Notes: generated from the letters alone by a model not told the origin. Shown: positions 30,291 to 42,219, numbered from the stretch's first letter. The stretch: 64,000 nt of DNA from Candidatus Bathyarchaeota archaeon (GCA_963770935.1 CAVYRJ010000014.1:32001-96000), one strand, 5' to 3'. Numbers and translations: made by a program.

Positions 30291-31415
30291 GTGCCTGCTC
30301 AGCGAATGGTTATTGATAGCTGTATGAAGAAAACAGCAGTATTCGTAGTATTCATTTTGGCGCTACTCATTTCCGCGACGTTTACGATTGGTATGGGAAA
30401 TTCGGCGCCCTCATATCCTGTCCCGACAGGGCCTTTAACTCCTCCAGTGATATCGCTGAAATCGCCGACAAGCACGACTTATGTGTCAAAGTTTGTACCA
30501 TTAGAATTTTCTATGAACGGAAATTGGGATGGTTATGTGAACCATTGTTCTGTTGAGATTAGTATAGACGGAGGCGATCGATATGTTATCTATTATCTTA
30601 GATTCCGTGTAAATGAGGTAGCTCAGAACTTTTCAGTAACTTTGGGGCCTCTTTCAGAAGGAATACACCAACTGCAAATCTTTGCTACCGTCGGTGGCAT
30701 TTACAGAACAGGTCCAAACTTTACTACTCTTGAGGTTAACGACTTTACTTCACAAGCTTCAGTTTACTTCACAGTTAACACTGCCAACCAAGCCCAAATC
30801 TCAATTCTCTCTCCACTAAACGAAACTTACAATGTAGATAAAATGATTCCATTGGAATTCACTATAGACAGGACAGAGTCAATTGTTAGCATGGGCTACA
30901 CTGTAGATGAGCAAGCGAATGTTACTGTGCCTAGAAACACAACATTGTATGGACCAATATCTGATGGCATGCACACATTGAAGGTTTATTCTTTATTCTC
31001 TGATATACTCCCAGTTTCTTCAACGGTTAACTTCACAGTTGATACCACGGCGCCAAATGTAGCAGTTCTTTCATTGCAAAACAAACTTTACAATTCATCC
31101 AAAATCCCTTTAGTTTTCACAGTTAACGAGTCAACTTCGTTAATTACCTACAACATGGACGGAAAAGTGTACACGATTGATGGAAATACAACTTTGACTG
31201 GGCTTCAAAACGTAGACCACAAATTAATAGTTTATGCGACAGATGAAGCAGGAAACGTTGGAGTCTCAGAAACAATTGATTTTAATGTACAAGTTCTACT
31301 TTCACCTCAGACGGCTCTACCGATTATACCGCCAATGATTGTAGTCCTTGTTGGTGGTCTAAGTCTTATGATTCTTATCAGGAAACGCAATCGAGCATCA
31401 GTAAACAAACACTGA
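30291..31415 (+). CDS. Cell-surface protein with Ig-like beta repeats and C-terminal TM anchor
   Basis: Signal peptide; repeated ILSP.N.TY...L.F, G.H.L.VYA.D.AGN; C-terminal TM and basic tail. Confidence 0.8.
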   Translation: MPAQRMVIDSCMKKTAVFVVFILALLISATFTIGMGNSAPSYPVPTGPLTPPVISLKSPTSTTYVSKFVPLEFSMNGNWDGYVNHCSVEISIDGGDRYVIYYLRFRVNEVAQNFSVTLGPLSEGIHQLQIFATVGGIYRTGPNFTTLEVNDFTSQASVYFTVNTANQAQISILSPLNETYNVDKMIPLEFTIDRTESIVSMGYTVDEQANVTVPRNTTLYGPISDGMHTLKVYSLFSDILPVSSTVNFTVDTTAPNVAVLSLQNKLYNSSKIPLVFTVNESTSLITYNMDGKVYTIDGNTTLTGLQNVDHKLIVYATDEAGNVGVSETIDFNVQVLLSPQTALPIIPPMIVVLVGGLSLMILIRKRNRASVNKH

Positions 31416-31521
31416 CAACTCATCTTGTACTCACTATCGGAAGCTGTCAGCTTTTGTCATATTTCATTTTCGGCTTGCTCGCGCATTACGATAAAATAGA
31501 TTCTTTGAGTGTTATTGTAGC

Positions 31522-32124
31522 TTAGTTTTTTTGTTGCAGCCAACTGGACAAGTAAACTTGGTTTGTGTTTCCCGTCTTTTCCAGTGAAACGATTCCTCTG
31601 TCAGCTAGGCGTGCGATTATTCGGTGGGTTTGGAGTCTGCTCAGCCCAGTTTCGCTTCGAATGTATTTTTGGAGGTATTTGCCTTGATGGCTGTTTAGGA
31701 CCTCAACCACTTTACGTTCTTCTTCGGTTAAGGTTTTAAGGACGGATTCATAGGCTGTTGAACCATTCGCGGCTGGCTGAATTGCCGCAATGTTTTGCGT
31801 AGCTTGAATTACTCCTACAGTTCCAACCCGAATTTGAGGATAGAGCAGATAATAGCCTACACCAATAATTCCAATAACTGTCACACCAATTAAGACCGCG
31901 AACAAGACGCCAAAGAAAGGCAGCAGACCGCTTGATGTTGTAGTTGTGGTTCCTCCCATCATGCCGCCCATTCCGTCGTAGTTGTTTGAGCCTCCCCACA
32001 TTTGGCTCATCCAGTTGGCTGGGTTTTGAGGTTGTGAGAAGATGGCAAAGCCGATGGCCGTTGCTGCTATAAGGGCTGCTATGGAAGCAATCAGTATGAT
32101 TAGAAACATGTTAGCTCTTTTCAT
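31522..32124 (-). CDS. Membrane-anchored winged-HTH regulator with Met/Gly-rich loop
   Basis: Two TMs flanking GMGGMMGG; C-terminal LTEEERKVV..QKYIRSETGLSRLQTHRIIARL..RG. Confidence 0.8.
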   Translation of the reverse strand: MKRANMFLIILIASIAALIAATAIGFAIFSQPQNPANWMSQMWGGSNNYDGMGGMMGGTTTTTSSGLLPFFGVLFAVLIGVTVIGIIGVGYYLLYPQIRVGTVGVIQATQNIAAIQPAANGSTAYESVLKTLTEEERKVVEVLNSHQGKYLQKYIRSETGLSRLQTHRIIARLADRGIVSLEKTGNTNQVYLSSWLQQKN

Positions 32125-32290
32125 GTTATATCTAAATTAGACTCATCTTGGAGAGATTTAAGGATTTTTCCATTTAAACCAAATTTCAACATCAAAATCT
32201 CAGAAACAGTTTCACCTAACCGTTTCAAAAATGTTTCAGCCAACCCTCAAACCAACCGCACCCAATAGATTTGTTGAGGTGAAAAGTGAA

Positions 32291-32551
32291 ATGACCAAAA
32301 CAAAAATCATCCTCGTGGTCTTAGCGTTGTCGCTTGTAATCATGGCGGCCGCTGGAGTAGCCTACGCACAATCAGTCAGCGCCCAAAACCAAAATGGAAC
32401 CTACAGACAAACGCCCGTACAAGAGGACAACGGCTACAACGGATGCTACCCATCAAACATTGGCAACGGCTACAGCGGTTACACGCAAAGTTCACAGCAA
32501 GGCGCTTGTCCCTACGGAATTGGAATGGGAATGTGTGGACGCTACTGGTAA
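32291..32551 (+). CDS. Small exported protein with Gly/Met/Cys-rich C-terminus
   Basis: GAGGTG RBS, signal peptide, ends CPYGIGMGMCGRYW. Confidence 0.7.
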   Translation: MTKTKIILVVLALSLVIMAAAGVAYAQSVSAQNQNGTYRQTPVQEDNGYNGCYPSNIGNGYSGYTQSSQQGACPYGIGMGMCGRYW

Positions 32552-32598
32552 AATCCAGCGGATCCAGAATTTTTACCCTTTTTTGTCGTTAATTTATT

Positions 32599-34227
32599 TT
32601 ATTCAATAGATGTTGGCTTGTATCTAGACAAGATTCCTTTGGTAATTTTTGGCGGTCTTGGTTTCCAAGCAGATAGGCGTGTTTTGAGTTCTTTGTCAGT
32701 TAAATCGACTTTCAGTGTTCGGTTGGGTATGTCAATTTTTATGGTGTCGCCGTTTTTGAGAACTGCGATTGGTCCGCCTTCAAAAGCTTCTGGTGCAACA
32801 TGTCCGATGCTGCCTCCGCGTGTGGCGCCTGAGAAGCGTCCGTCAGTAATCAAGGCAACGCTTTCAGATAGGCCCATGCCTGCGATAGTCGCGGTTGGAA
32901 ATAGCATTTCAGGCATTCCAGGTCCGCCTCTTGGTCCCTCATACCGTATGACGATGACGTCGCCGGGTTTGATTTCGTTTCCTCGTATGGCTTTGAGTGC
33001 TTCCTTTTCTGAGTCGTAGACTTTTGCTGGACCTGTGTGTTTCTGCATTTTTGGTGAGACGCCTGCGGTTTTGATGACTGATCCTTTGGGTGCGAGGTTG
33101 CCGGTTAAGATGGCGATGCCGCCTTCTTTATGAACGGGGTTTGCAAGGGTGTGGATGACTTCTCTGTCTAAGACCACTGCATCTTTGATGTTTTCGCCCA
33201 CTGTTTTGCCCGAGACAGTTGGCAACTTTAGGTTAAGCAGGGTTTTGAGTTCGTTCATGACTGCTGGGACTCCGCCCGCTGCATCCAAATCCTCAAGTGC
33301 ATAGGTTCCGCTTGGAATCATGCTGCATAAGTGTGGAACTTTTCTGCCGATTTCATCAAAGGTTGACAGGGGCAAGGTTAAACCTGCTTCTTTAGCGATG
33401 GCTGGTAGATGCAACGTCGTGTTGGTTGAGCCGCCAAGAGCCATGTCGAGTGCGATGGCGTTTTCGAAAGCTTCCTTGGTTAGAATCTGCGATGGCTTAA
33501 GGTCAGTTTGGACTAGTTTTATGATTTGTTTTCCTGTAGCTCTGGCTAATCGAAGTTTGAATGCGCTGTTTGCAAGAGATGTTGCACAATAAGGCAGCGA
33601 CAACCCTAAACCTTCGGTCATGCATGCCATGGTGTTGGCGGTGAACATACCGCTGCAGGAACCGCATCCTGGACAGGCGTTTTCTTCCATCTCGCATAAT
33701 TCGCCTTCAGTCATTTTTCCTGCCGCTACTTGTCCTAGTGCTTCTGGCATTGCGGAGTAACTTATTTTTTTGCCGTGGTGACGGCCTGCTGCCATGGGTC
33801 CGCCTGTAACCATTATAGCTGGGATGTTGACTCTTGCGGCAGCCATGAGCATACCTGGAGTGATTTTGTCACAGTTCGAAATCATAACAAGACCATCTAA
33901 ACTATGGGCTTGAAGCATAATCTCCACTGAATCCGCGACTATTTCCCTTGAGGGCAACGAATACCGCATGCCTTCGTGTCCCATTGCGATGCCATCGCAA
34001 ACGGCGATCGTGCTGAATTCGAAGGGTGTGCCGCCCGCAGCGAGGACGCCTTCTTTTACCGCTTCGCCAATCGTGCGGAGATGTATGTGTCCGGGAACAA
34101 TGTTTGTGTAGCTATTAGCTATACCAATCAATGGTTTTGCTATGTCATCATCTTGTAAACCTAAAGATTTTAAGAGCGCTCTATGGGGCGCTTTCTCTGT
34201 TCCCTTTCTTATTTGGTCGCTTCGCAT
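32599..34227 (-). CDS. ilvD: Dihydroxy-acid dehydratase
   Basis: [51 protein letters not shown]. Confidence 0.96.
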   Translation of the reverse strand: MRSDQIRKGTEKAPHRALLKSLGLQDDDIAKPLIGIANSYTNIVPGHIHLRTIGEAVKEGVLAAGGTPFEFSTIAVCDGIAMGHEGMRYSLPSREIVADSVEIMLQAHSLDGLVMISNCDKITPGMLMAAARVNIPAIMVTGGPMAAGRHHGKKISYSAMPEALGQVAAGKMTEGELCEMEENACPGCGSCSGMFTANTMACMTEGLGLSLPYCATSLANSAFKLRLARATGKQIIKLVQTDLKPSQILTKEAFENAIALDMALGGSTNTTLHLPAIAKEAGLTLPLSTFDEIGRKVPHLCSMIPSGTYALEDLDAAGGVPAVMNELKTLLNLKLPTVSGKTVGENIKDAVVLDREVIHTLANPVHKEGGIAILTGNLAPKGSVIKTAGVSPKMQKHTGPAKVYDSEKEALKAIRGNEIKPGDVIVIRYEGPRGGPGMPEMLFPTATIAGMGLSESVALITDGRFSGATRGGSIGHVAPEAFEGGPIAVLKNGDTIKIDIPNRTLKVDLTDKELKTRLSAWKPRPPKITKGILSRYKPTSIE

Positions 34228-34312
34228 TCTACTAGCCTCATGATGCATTAAAACACCAATAATTTTATATTTAAGGTTGACCCCTTGAAAATGAATGTGA
34301 TTTAAATGGGGT

Positions 34313-35824
34313 ATTGCTTTATTCAACCGCTTCCCTAAACATCTAAAATTTTTAGACACCACCCTTCGTGATGGTGAACAAACACCTGGAGTTTCGCTTG
34401 TTCCTGAAAACAAATTGAGGATTGCGCAGCGCCTTGACGAGCTTGGTGTGGATTTTATCGAGGCTGGGTTCGCTGCTGTTTCTGAAGGTGAGATGGAATC
34501 TGTCAGCCTCATCGCCAAGCAGGGTTTGAGAGCTAAAGTTTACAGCGCTGCTAGAGGCACACGAAATGACATTGATGCTGTTTTGAAGAGTGGTGCTTCT
34601 GGCATAAGCATGATTGTTCCAACCTCTGACCTGCATATCGAATGCAAACTGCATAAAACTCGAGAAGAGATGCTTAAGGTAACAGCAGACTGCGTTGATT
34701 ATGCTAAAGATCACGGTTTGGATGTCGAGTTTTTGGCTGAAGATGCAACGCGATCAGATTTCGATTATCTAACGAAAGTCTTCTTAACAGCTATCGACTC
34801 TGGAGTAGATCGCATTGTTCCATGTGACACTGTGGGAATCTTAACTCCTGAACGTTCAGCAGAATTCTTTTCAAAACTCAGCGAAAAGATCAAGGTTCCA
34901 GTAGGTGTGCATTGCCACAACGATTTCGGCATGGCAGTTGCTAACACAGTTGCTGCTTTGGGTTCAGGGGCTCAAGAAGCGCATGCCACTATAAACGGCT
35001 TAGGTGAACGCGCAGGAAACGCTTCACTTGAAGAGATAGTTGTCACGTTAAAGTCGCTCTACAAGCTGGATTTGAATGTGAAGACTGAATTGCTTTACAG
35101 TACCTCTCAATTGGTATCACGGTTGACTGGGGTTTACGTTCAGCCAAATAAGGCAATTGTGGGCGAAAACGCTTTCACGCACGAGTCTGGCATTCATACG
35201 CAGGGTCTGCTTTCTAATCCATTGACTTATGAGCCGATTACTCCTGAACTTGTCGGTCGTACACGTCGCCTATCCCCTGGAAAGCATTCTGGGTCGCATG
35301 CTATACGAGCGAACTTGGAACATATGGGTCTTAAGCCTAGCGGACAGCAGTTTAAAGAGATTTTCCAACGGATCAAAGAACTTGGTGACAAAGGCAAAAC
35401 CGTTATGGATGCGGATGTTTTGGCTATCGCTGAAACCGTGATGGGTTTGAGTCAAGCTAAACCAATTCAGCTTGAAGAAATGACGTTCGTTGGCGGCGAT
35501 AAAGTTACGGCAACAGCTTCAGTTAGATTAAAAGTAAACGGCAAGGTTGTTTGGGGTGCAGCAGTCGGCGTGGGACCAGTGGATGCAGCTATAAACGCGG
35601 TTAAAGATGCCATCGCAGAAACCGAACCTATAACATTGGAGCAATACAACGTTAAAGCAATCACTGGCGGAACAGATGCAATGGTTGAAGTTGTTGTACG
35701 TATGCGTAAAGGCAACCGAACCGTTACAGCTTTGGGTGTGCGTGAAGACATCGTTAAAGCCAGCATGGAAGCGGTGCTAAGCGGCATGAACGTGCTAACA
35801 ACCGACTATAACAATAAAAGTTAA
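34313..35824 (+). CDS. cimA: Citramalate / 2-isopropylmalate synthase family (start codon irregular)
   Basis: In-frame [12 protein letters not shown] upstream of the ORF-track start; HCHNDFG, GERAGN, HESGIH; regulatory domain. cimA vs leuA cannot be resolved from motifs. Confidence 0.8.
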   Translation: MALFNRFPKHLKFLDTTLRDGEQTPGVSLVPENKLRIAQRLDELGVDFIEAGFAAVSEGEMESVSLIAKQGLRAKVYSAARGTRNDIDAVLKSGASGISMIVPTSDLHIECKLHKTREEMLKVTADCVDYAKDHGLDVEFLAEDATRSDFDYLTKVFLTAIDSGVDRIVPCDTVGILTPERSAEFFSKLSEKIKVPVGVHCHNDFGMAVANTVAALGSGAQEAHATINGLGERAGNASLEEIVVTLKSLYKLDLNVKTELLYSTSQLVSRLTGVYVQPNKAIVGENAFTHESGIHTQGLLSNPLTYEPITPELVGRTRRLSPGKHSGSHAIRANLEHMGLKPSGQQFKEIFQRIKELGDKGKTVMDADVLAIAETVMGLSQAKPIQLEEMTFVGGDKVTATASVRLKVNGKVVWGAAVGVGPVDAAINAVKDAIAETEPITLEQYNVKAITGGTDAMVEVVVRMRKGNRTVTALGVREDIVKASMEAVLSGMNVLTTDYNNKS

Positions 35825-35916
35825 AAACAATAGCGATCAAAAAATCTTATTCCATTTTGTATAATAACGCTTTTTTGTCGTAAGGCTTATAATCTTTGTT
35901 TATCAAAACTCATAAA

Positions 35917-36297
35917 ATGAATAAAATTCAGAAAATTGGAATATTAGCGTTTATTGTCATAGTTCTTGTAGCTATTTCTACACTTTATTTTTTAAATAAC
36001 AGTAAAATCGCCTTAAAAGAATCTGAGGCGATTTCTTTGCTGAAAGATAAATATCCAGAATACAAAAACTATCCAAATGACCACCTGCCTCCACAATCAA
36101 TCCAAACAAAACAGACCTCAAACGGTTGGTACGTCGCTTTTGTACAGGAAGGGTCAGGCAGACCTATACTTGAAGCAAAATGTTACTTTATTACGGACGA
36201 CAAATCCATTATTTTCATTGGGGAATATTTGCCTAAAGTCGGAGAAGACCGTTTTGACCTTTCGGGGGAAAGCATTTTCAATCTTTGGCTCCAATAA
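35917..36297 (+). CDS. Hypothetical N-terminally anchored protein
   Basis: TM helix followed by a globular domain; AT-rich. Confidence 0.6.
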   Translation: MNKIQKIGILAFIVIVLVAISTLYFLNNSKIALKESEAISLLKDKYPEYKNYPNDHLPPQSIQTKQTSNGWYVAFVQEGSGRPILEAKCYFITDDKSIIFIGEYLPKVGEDRFDLSGESIFNLWLQ

Positions 36298-36474
36298 TTT
36301 TCGAAGACTTGACAGAACCGCAAAAACGATTGTTGTAGTATTGCAACTACTGCAAACACTTTTAGAGCTAAACCACTTGATTTTTTTGTCGCGGCTTGCT
36401 CCTAAGTGGCGGGTCCTTCTGATGAAAAACGGAATAAACTGGGGTTTTGTATGGTTTTAGTAGAAGGAATCAAT

Positions 36475-36801
36475 ATGAAAAGCGAATGTATACCCAAAAG
36501 GCGTCTCGCAGCAGCGTGGAGAACGCTAAGTCGCAAGCCTATGCCGAAAGTTAAAGCGTTTAGGTTAAACGACGACGACTTTAACCGTGCATTGTATCAG
36601 CGCCAATGCAAAGAGGATGATTTTCGGGAGATTGAAGAGTGGGGCAGACTTCTTTCAACTAAGGGTACGGATGCTTGTGTGTTTAATGGCGATGAAACTG
36701 ACGATTCTGACTACATTATTTTAGTTAGGGAAAATCCCTATCACAGTCTTGATGAAATTATCATTCATGAATTATCGCATATTGCAAGAGGAGACCTCTG
36801 A
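36475..36801 (+). CDS. Small protein with HExxH zincin-like motif
   Basis: IIIHELSH near the C-terminus; AGGA RBS. Confidence 0.6.
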   Translation: MKSECIPKRRLAAAWRTLSRKPMPKVKAFRLNDDDFNRALYQRQCKEDDFREIEEWGRLLSTKGTDACVFNGDETDDSDYIILVRENPYHSLDEIIIHELSHIARGDL

Positions 36802-37764
36802 CTAAATTTTCTGGGTAATAGCTTCTGAAAACAATTTTATCCCATCCAAGCTTGGCAAGTCTGCAAAGTACAGCATAAAATAAGTAACATCCAAATCCAA
36901 GTAAATATTCAACTGTTCTTTGCATTCGTCAGGTGTCACTGCCAAGGTGGATTTCCTGTAGTCTTCCAAGCTCATATTCGGAGGTTTAAATTTTGAAATC
37001 TTCTCGGTTAATTCGTTTTGGTTTTTGGCAATTAATATTTGTCCGCTTGGCCAGCATGAGCGCTCAATTTCACCAAAATCCCTGCCAACCGCCTTGCAGC
37101 GGTTCTCTAAAACTTCTAGCTTGTGCTTATATACGTCTACTGTTGGCAAGAAGCCCCAATCAAATCTGTCTGCGTAAGTCGCGGTAACTTTAAGGGTGTA
37201 CTTTTCTCCGCTACCACCTATTGTGATTGGTGGATGAGGCTTCTGCAAAGGTTTAGGTTCGCAAACAGCATCTTTGAGCGAATAGTGGTTGCCCAGGTAG
37301 GTTGCTTTTTCTTTGGTCCACAATCTTGTAATTACTTCTAAAGCCTCACCCAAATGGGCTGCTCTAACTCTAGGGTTGGGAAAGTCAAAGCCATAAGCAA
37401 CATGCTCGTTTTCTTGGACTCCTGCTCCTATGCCGAACTCTAACCTGCCACTCGAGATGACATCGAGCGTAGCTGCGGTTTTGGCGAGTAGTGCCGGGTT
37501 TCTGTGCTGATTGCAGGAAACCATTGTTCCCAACCGAATCCTGCTGGTTAAGGAAGACAGCGCGGAAAGAGTTGTCCAAGACTCAAAGATTGGCCAGCTA
37601 TTGTACATTAAATGGTCGTCAAGCCAAACCGAATCGTAACCTAACGTTTCGCATTCTAAAACAATGTTTTTGAGACGGTGAAATTGTTCTTTGGGATTTT
37701 TGGCTTGAAATCCATAGAAGGGTAAGAATACGCCGAATTTTAGTTTGCCCAAGCAATCCTCCAA
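36802..37764 (-). CDS. LLM-class flavin/F420-dependent oxidoreductase
   Basis: DSVWLDDHL, RNPALLAK.AATLD..S.GR, PKPLQKPHPPITIGG.GE. Confidence 0.9.
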   Translation of the reverse strand: MEDCLGKLKFGVFLPFYGFQAKNPKEQFHRLKNIVLECETLGYDSVWLDDHLMYNSWPIFESWTTLSALSSLTSRIRLGTMVSCNQHRNPALLAKTAATLDVISSGRLEFGIGAGVQENEHVAYGFDFPNPRVRAAHLGEALEVITRLWTKEKATYLGNHYSLKDAVCEPKPLQKPHPPITIGGSGEKYTLKVTATYADRFDWGFLPTVDVYKHKLEVLENRCKAVGRDFGEIERSCWPSGQILIAKNQNELTEKISKFKPPNMSLEDYRKSTLAVTPDECKEQLNIYLDLDVTYFMLYFADLPSLDGIKLFSEAITQKI

Positions 37765-38072
37765 CCTGCTAAGCTATGATTTAGAATCTATTTGGCGCAA
37801 GAAGGTTATAGACTTTAGCCAAAATGAAGTTACGCATTTGGGGTTTTGATCTTATTTGCTTCAAAGTTTTTTTGTTATTCAGAAGCAATTGTCCGTTGGA
37901 AGGTGGTGATGTCTCTGCTCAATTTCTTTATGATTTGACACTATCAGGGACTTTAGCCCTAACTCTTCAAAAGAATTAAATTATACGATGAAAATACTGA
38001 GACTTTTTGTCTTAAGAATGTGCAAAAACAATTTATTTCAAAAATAGTATTCATCAACTGGAGTTTTTAACC

Positions 38073-39554
38073 ATGTCTTCTAAGGAAACGAAAGTTAAAG
38101 ATAAGAAATCTGTCGCGATTGAAGAACGTTTTTTTGAACTTCGCGAAACTGGTAAAGCAATTAAAAAACTAGTCGAAGATGAAAAAGGTTTCAACGAGTG
38201 GTAGAAGCATTTCGAGCCCAAAATCAAGCCAGTTTTCAAGCAGAACTAGAAAAGAACGCGTTTAACTGAATATTGCAGGTGGATCTGTCAATGGCTATGT
38301 AGCAAGCACTGCGTATTTGTTTGCATTAAGCTTTGGCGGACCTCCAATAAATGAGCAGCCATCCATCGCTGAGATGCGAGAGTTTGCATTGGTAACCGCA
38401 CGTATTGCCGAAGATGATGCACTTCTCAAACAATTCGTTGATGTTGTTGATCGCGAGGAAGGCAAGCAATTTAAAGGTTTAATCGTAAAGAACAAACTGT
38501 TGTGTTTTTGCCATCAAGTTTGTCTTGGTTGTGCTCAGTTCGTTGTCGACGAGTTCGCGATTTAATGTGCCTGAGACCACAGATAACGCGGATTGGATCG
38601 ATTCCTATTTCCCAGATTGATTCTCAAGGATTCGGGGAACTGTACTCAAGCATGCCACCCTTTCAAGTACCGCCTCCAGCCCCAGCAAGCGGTGTTGTTG
38701 ACCACATCTTTTCTGGTGCTTCAGCTGAATTGAGAGGGGTATTCAATATGGCTGCTGCTACCCAGTATCTCGTAGAGATTTCTTCGAATCCCGGTGGACC
38801 ATATAAACCAATAATTACTGATGTGCAAGGGTACAACTACATCAGTGTATTTCCTTGGATTCAACCAGTGACGCGAAAGCCCTCTGGGGGCTCTGATCCA
38901 GGTGGATGGTTCAACGTACTCGATTCAACAGTAAATCGACTGAATTCATTTGATGGAATTCCTGACTCCAATGGAGGACCAAACGCAATTGCTGAAAAAC
39001 GCCTAATGGATTGGCTAACAACAACCTTTCCAGATGGAACGGCTGGGGCACCAGACGGGATCTACTACTTGCGTCTTAGAGTAAGGGATGGCGGTGGCAC
39101 TACATTAGTAAGTAGTCCGCAGGTAGTTCAAACTGACAACACAGGGCCTCCAACACCAGTGATAACGCTCCAATTACAGAAGAAAGATGGAACCCGTATT
39201 CCACTTAAGTGTGGAGGGTCAAGTAGTGTGAAGGTGTGATAGTGGTAACAGTTCAGGCGTATGATACAAGAAGTTTTAGTCGTCTAGGCGTCGCTGCAGA
39301 TGGAAACTCGAAACTCTTTCCGTTCCAATTGTAGAGATCAATGCTGTTACTTTGTCAAAAACCTGTAATGGAAATCTTGCTGACAAGGATACCCAGTATT
39401 AACGGAGTTCCTTTGGGATCCATGGAGCGATCCTCGGATTATTCCTTGTTGCTACGTAGTTAGAATAGATATCTGGACCCAAGCGGCGCTCAACAATAGC
39501 TGGAGCGGTGGACACGGAAACTCTGGTTGGGAAGCGATCGAAATTGGTTTCTAA
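38073..39554 (+). pseudogene. Large hypothetical gene with duplicated Cys-rich motif, multiply frameshifted
   Basis: GGAG RBS and ATG at 38073; fragments join across frames to the stop at 39552-39554 (…GWEAIEIGF). Confidence 0.55.
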
Positions 39555-39737
39555 TCCTGAAAGCTGCTAATGGATGCACAACATGTCTGGGGTTAAAATC
39601 CCCTTTTTTCCATTAATGTTTTGTCTTTTTTAATGCCATTAGCTTAGAAATATTGATCTTTGCTGCAATTTTGCAAGGTAAAAAAACGTACGGTTTACAA
39701 TTTTGTGAATTTCAGTGTAGACCCAACATCAACAGAA

Positions 39738-40565
39738 TTATTTTTTCTGCCAGAATTCGGCTAATGCAGTGAGTGCATTTTCAAACAAGTAATCTTGAGG
39801 TATAACGTCAACTTTTATTTCCATTTCCTTTAAGGATTCGGCGGTTGTGGGACCAATAGCCACTGTTGTCACTTTTTCATCGATTATGCTACGGAGTTTT
39901 TCCATAGATGCTTTTTCAGTGAGCATTTTGAAGATGTTCTTGGCGCTCAAGCCGCTGCCGAAAACAATAGCGTCGATCCTTCCGCTGGTTAGGTCTTCAT
40001 AGAACTTGGCTGTTAGTTTCTCATCCACGGGCAAACCTGACTCGTAAACGTAGATTTCCTCTACGTCGGCATCCATTTCTTTGAGTTTCTCAGTTAAGGT
40101 CGGGGTTGCGTTGCTGGTTCTTGGGATGCGGATTTTTTTGCCGGAGAGCTGTTTGCCCTGGAGAGATTCGATTATTCCCTCAGAACTGTACTTTGTCGGC
40201 ACCATGTCCACTCGGACGTTTTTTTCTTTTAGGGCTTCGGCTGTTCGTGGACCAACCGCAATAACAAACGCCTTATCCAATCCCTTTTGCAACTTGCTGG
40301 TTAGCTTTAATTCGTCAGCGTCTTCAAAGAGGTACTTGACGCCGTTGGTGCTCATCAAAATAACATAATCAACCTGTTCCTTTTGCAGTTCGATGATGAA
40401 TTTTTTTACGGACGCAAAATTGCTTAAGCCCTTGATCTCTATGGCTGGAATGTAGTAGGGTATACCTCCCATGTCGCTGATTAGTTTACCAGCTTCTTCC
40501 GCCTGACCCGCCGGACGCGTTAAAGCAACGGTTTTGCCTATTAGGTTAGGGGTTTTTTGAACCAT
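39738..40565 (-). CDS. hemD: Uroporphyrinogen-III synthase
   Basis: ALTRP, AVGPRTA, VYES, AIGPTTA. Confidence 0.9.
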   Translation of the reverse strand: MVQKTPNLIGKTVALTRPAGQAEEAGKLISDMGGIPYYIPAIEIKGLSNFASVKKFIIELQKEQVDYVILMSTNGVKYLFEDADELKLTSKLQKGLDKAFVIAVGPRTAEALKEKNVRVDMVPTKYSSEGIIESLQGKQLSGKKIRIPRTSNATPTLTEKLKEMDADVEEIYVYESGLPVDEKLTAKFYEDLTSGRIDAIVFGSGLSAKNIFKMLTEKASMEKLRSIIDEKVTTVAIGPTTAESLKEMEIKVDVIPQDYLFENALTALAEFWQKK

Positions 40566-41300
40566 GCCAGTTTCCTGCCTAGATTAGCAACTTCACCGAT
40601 GACTATGACGGATGGAGGCTTGATTTGTTTGGCTTGAGCTTCTTTAACAATCGTGTCAAGTGTGGCGATTAGTGTTCGTTGTTTGGGATAGGTTCCTGAC
40701 TCAACCATTGCAACGGGTTTCTGTGGGCTTATACCTCCTTCCAGCAATTTGCTGACGATGCCGTCGAGGGATTCTACACCCATCAAGATGACCATGGTGT
40801 CGACAGCGTTGGCGATTTTTACCCATTCGATGGGTTTCTCGGCGTCGCCTGCGCGGTGACCGGTGATTATGGCTACAGATGCCGCGTAATCCCGATGTGT
40901 GAGTGGTATGCCTGCGTAGGCAGGAGCAACGACTGAGGAACTGACACCGGGCACAACTTCAAATTCGATGCCGTTCTCAACAAGTGCCTCTGCTTCTTCG
41001 CCGCCTCTGCCGAAGATGAATGGGTCGCCGCCTTTTAGCCGAACGACTTTACCGCCTTCTTTAGCTTTCTCAACAATTAACTCGGTAATCTTCTCCTGAG
41101 GCACTTCATGCAAGCCAGCTCGTTTGCCGACAAAAATTCTCTCAGCTTTCTCAGGCACTAAACAAAGGATTTCTTCTCCGACACCTAGTCCTGTCATAGA
41201 TTACTACGTCGGCTTCTTTTAGCACCTTAACCGCTTTAATCGTGAGCAGTTGGGGGTCGCCTGGTCCAGCGCCCACAAGGTATACTTTACCATACACCAT
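40541..41300 (-). CDS. cobA: Uroporphyrinogen-III C-methyltransferase, frameshift near 41190
   Basis: [36 protein letters not shown]. Confidence 0.9.
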
Positions 41301-42219
41301 ATTTTTCTCTCCACTCCTTCTCAAAATCTTTAGCGCCTTGATTAATGAGGTCTTCGCCCACTTTTCCGCCCTATCTCTTCAGCTTGGGATAATGTGCCTT
41401 TTGCGAAAGCGCTGATTTTTTTTCTCGAAGTTAATGAAAAGATGCAGCCAAAAAGCGACAACTCATTACGGTTTGTTTGTCCGACAGCTCCTATTGGTAC
41501 TCGGCAGCCGCCCTCCAACTTTAGCACCAAGCTGCGTTCAGCTGTAATCTCAGCTCGAGTTGCTTTGTCTTCGACCGCCCGCAAAATATCTATAACTTCT
41601 GAGTTTCCTTCTTTTGCCACAATAGCAATTGCACCTTGCCCTGCAGCAGGGGGAAATTGGTCTAGTGGAAGACGCTCGGTGATTTCGTTTGTTATGTTCA
41701 TTCGCTGCAACCCTGCCTCGGCGATTACAATGCCTGCTAATTCGCCTTTTCTAACTTTGCCGATTCTAGTGTCGACGTTGCCCCTGATGGGTTCAACATT
41801 AAGGTCTGGGCGTATGTATTTGATTTCAGCCAGCCTTCGCAGGCTGCCCGTTCCGACAACTGCACCCTGCGGCAACGCGTTTAGAAGCAATTTGTCTTTC
41901 GAAATGAATACATCACACTGTGAATCCCGCTTTGGAATTGCAGCTAAAACAGTGCCTTTTTGCTGCTCAACAATGGGCACATCTTTTAAGCTGTGAACAG
42001 CAAAATCGACTTCGCCGCTAGCGACTTGTTGGTCAATTTCCTTCTCAAAGATCCCTTTACAATCGATAGCAAAGAGCGGTTTGCCGTGTTCTTTATCGCC
42101 TATGGTTTTGATAACTTTTAGCTTAAATTCAACGTCTGGGCGTTGTTGTTTAATTTGCTGTAGGGTGCGGTTTGTTTGGGCAAGTGCGAGTTTGCTGCCT
42201 CGTGTGCCAACGGTTAGAA

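Noticed and set aside
34228-34518. N-terminal extension of ilvD in the ORF track
   Set aside because: Overlaps the divergent cimA gene; IlvD similarity starts at MRSD (34227).
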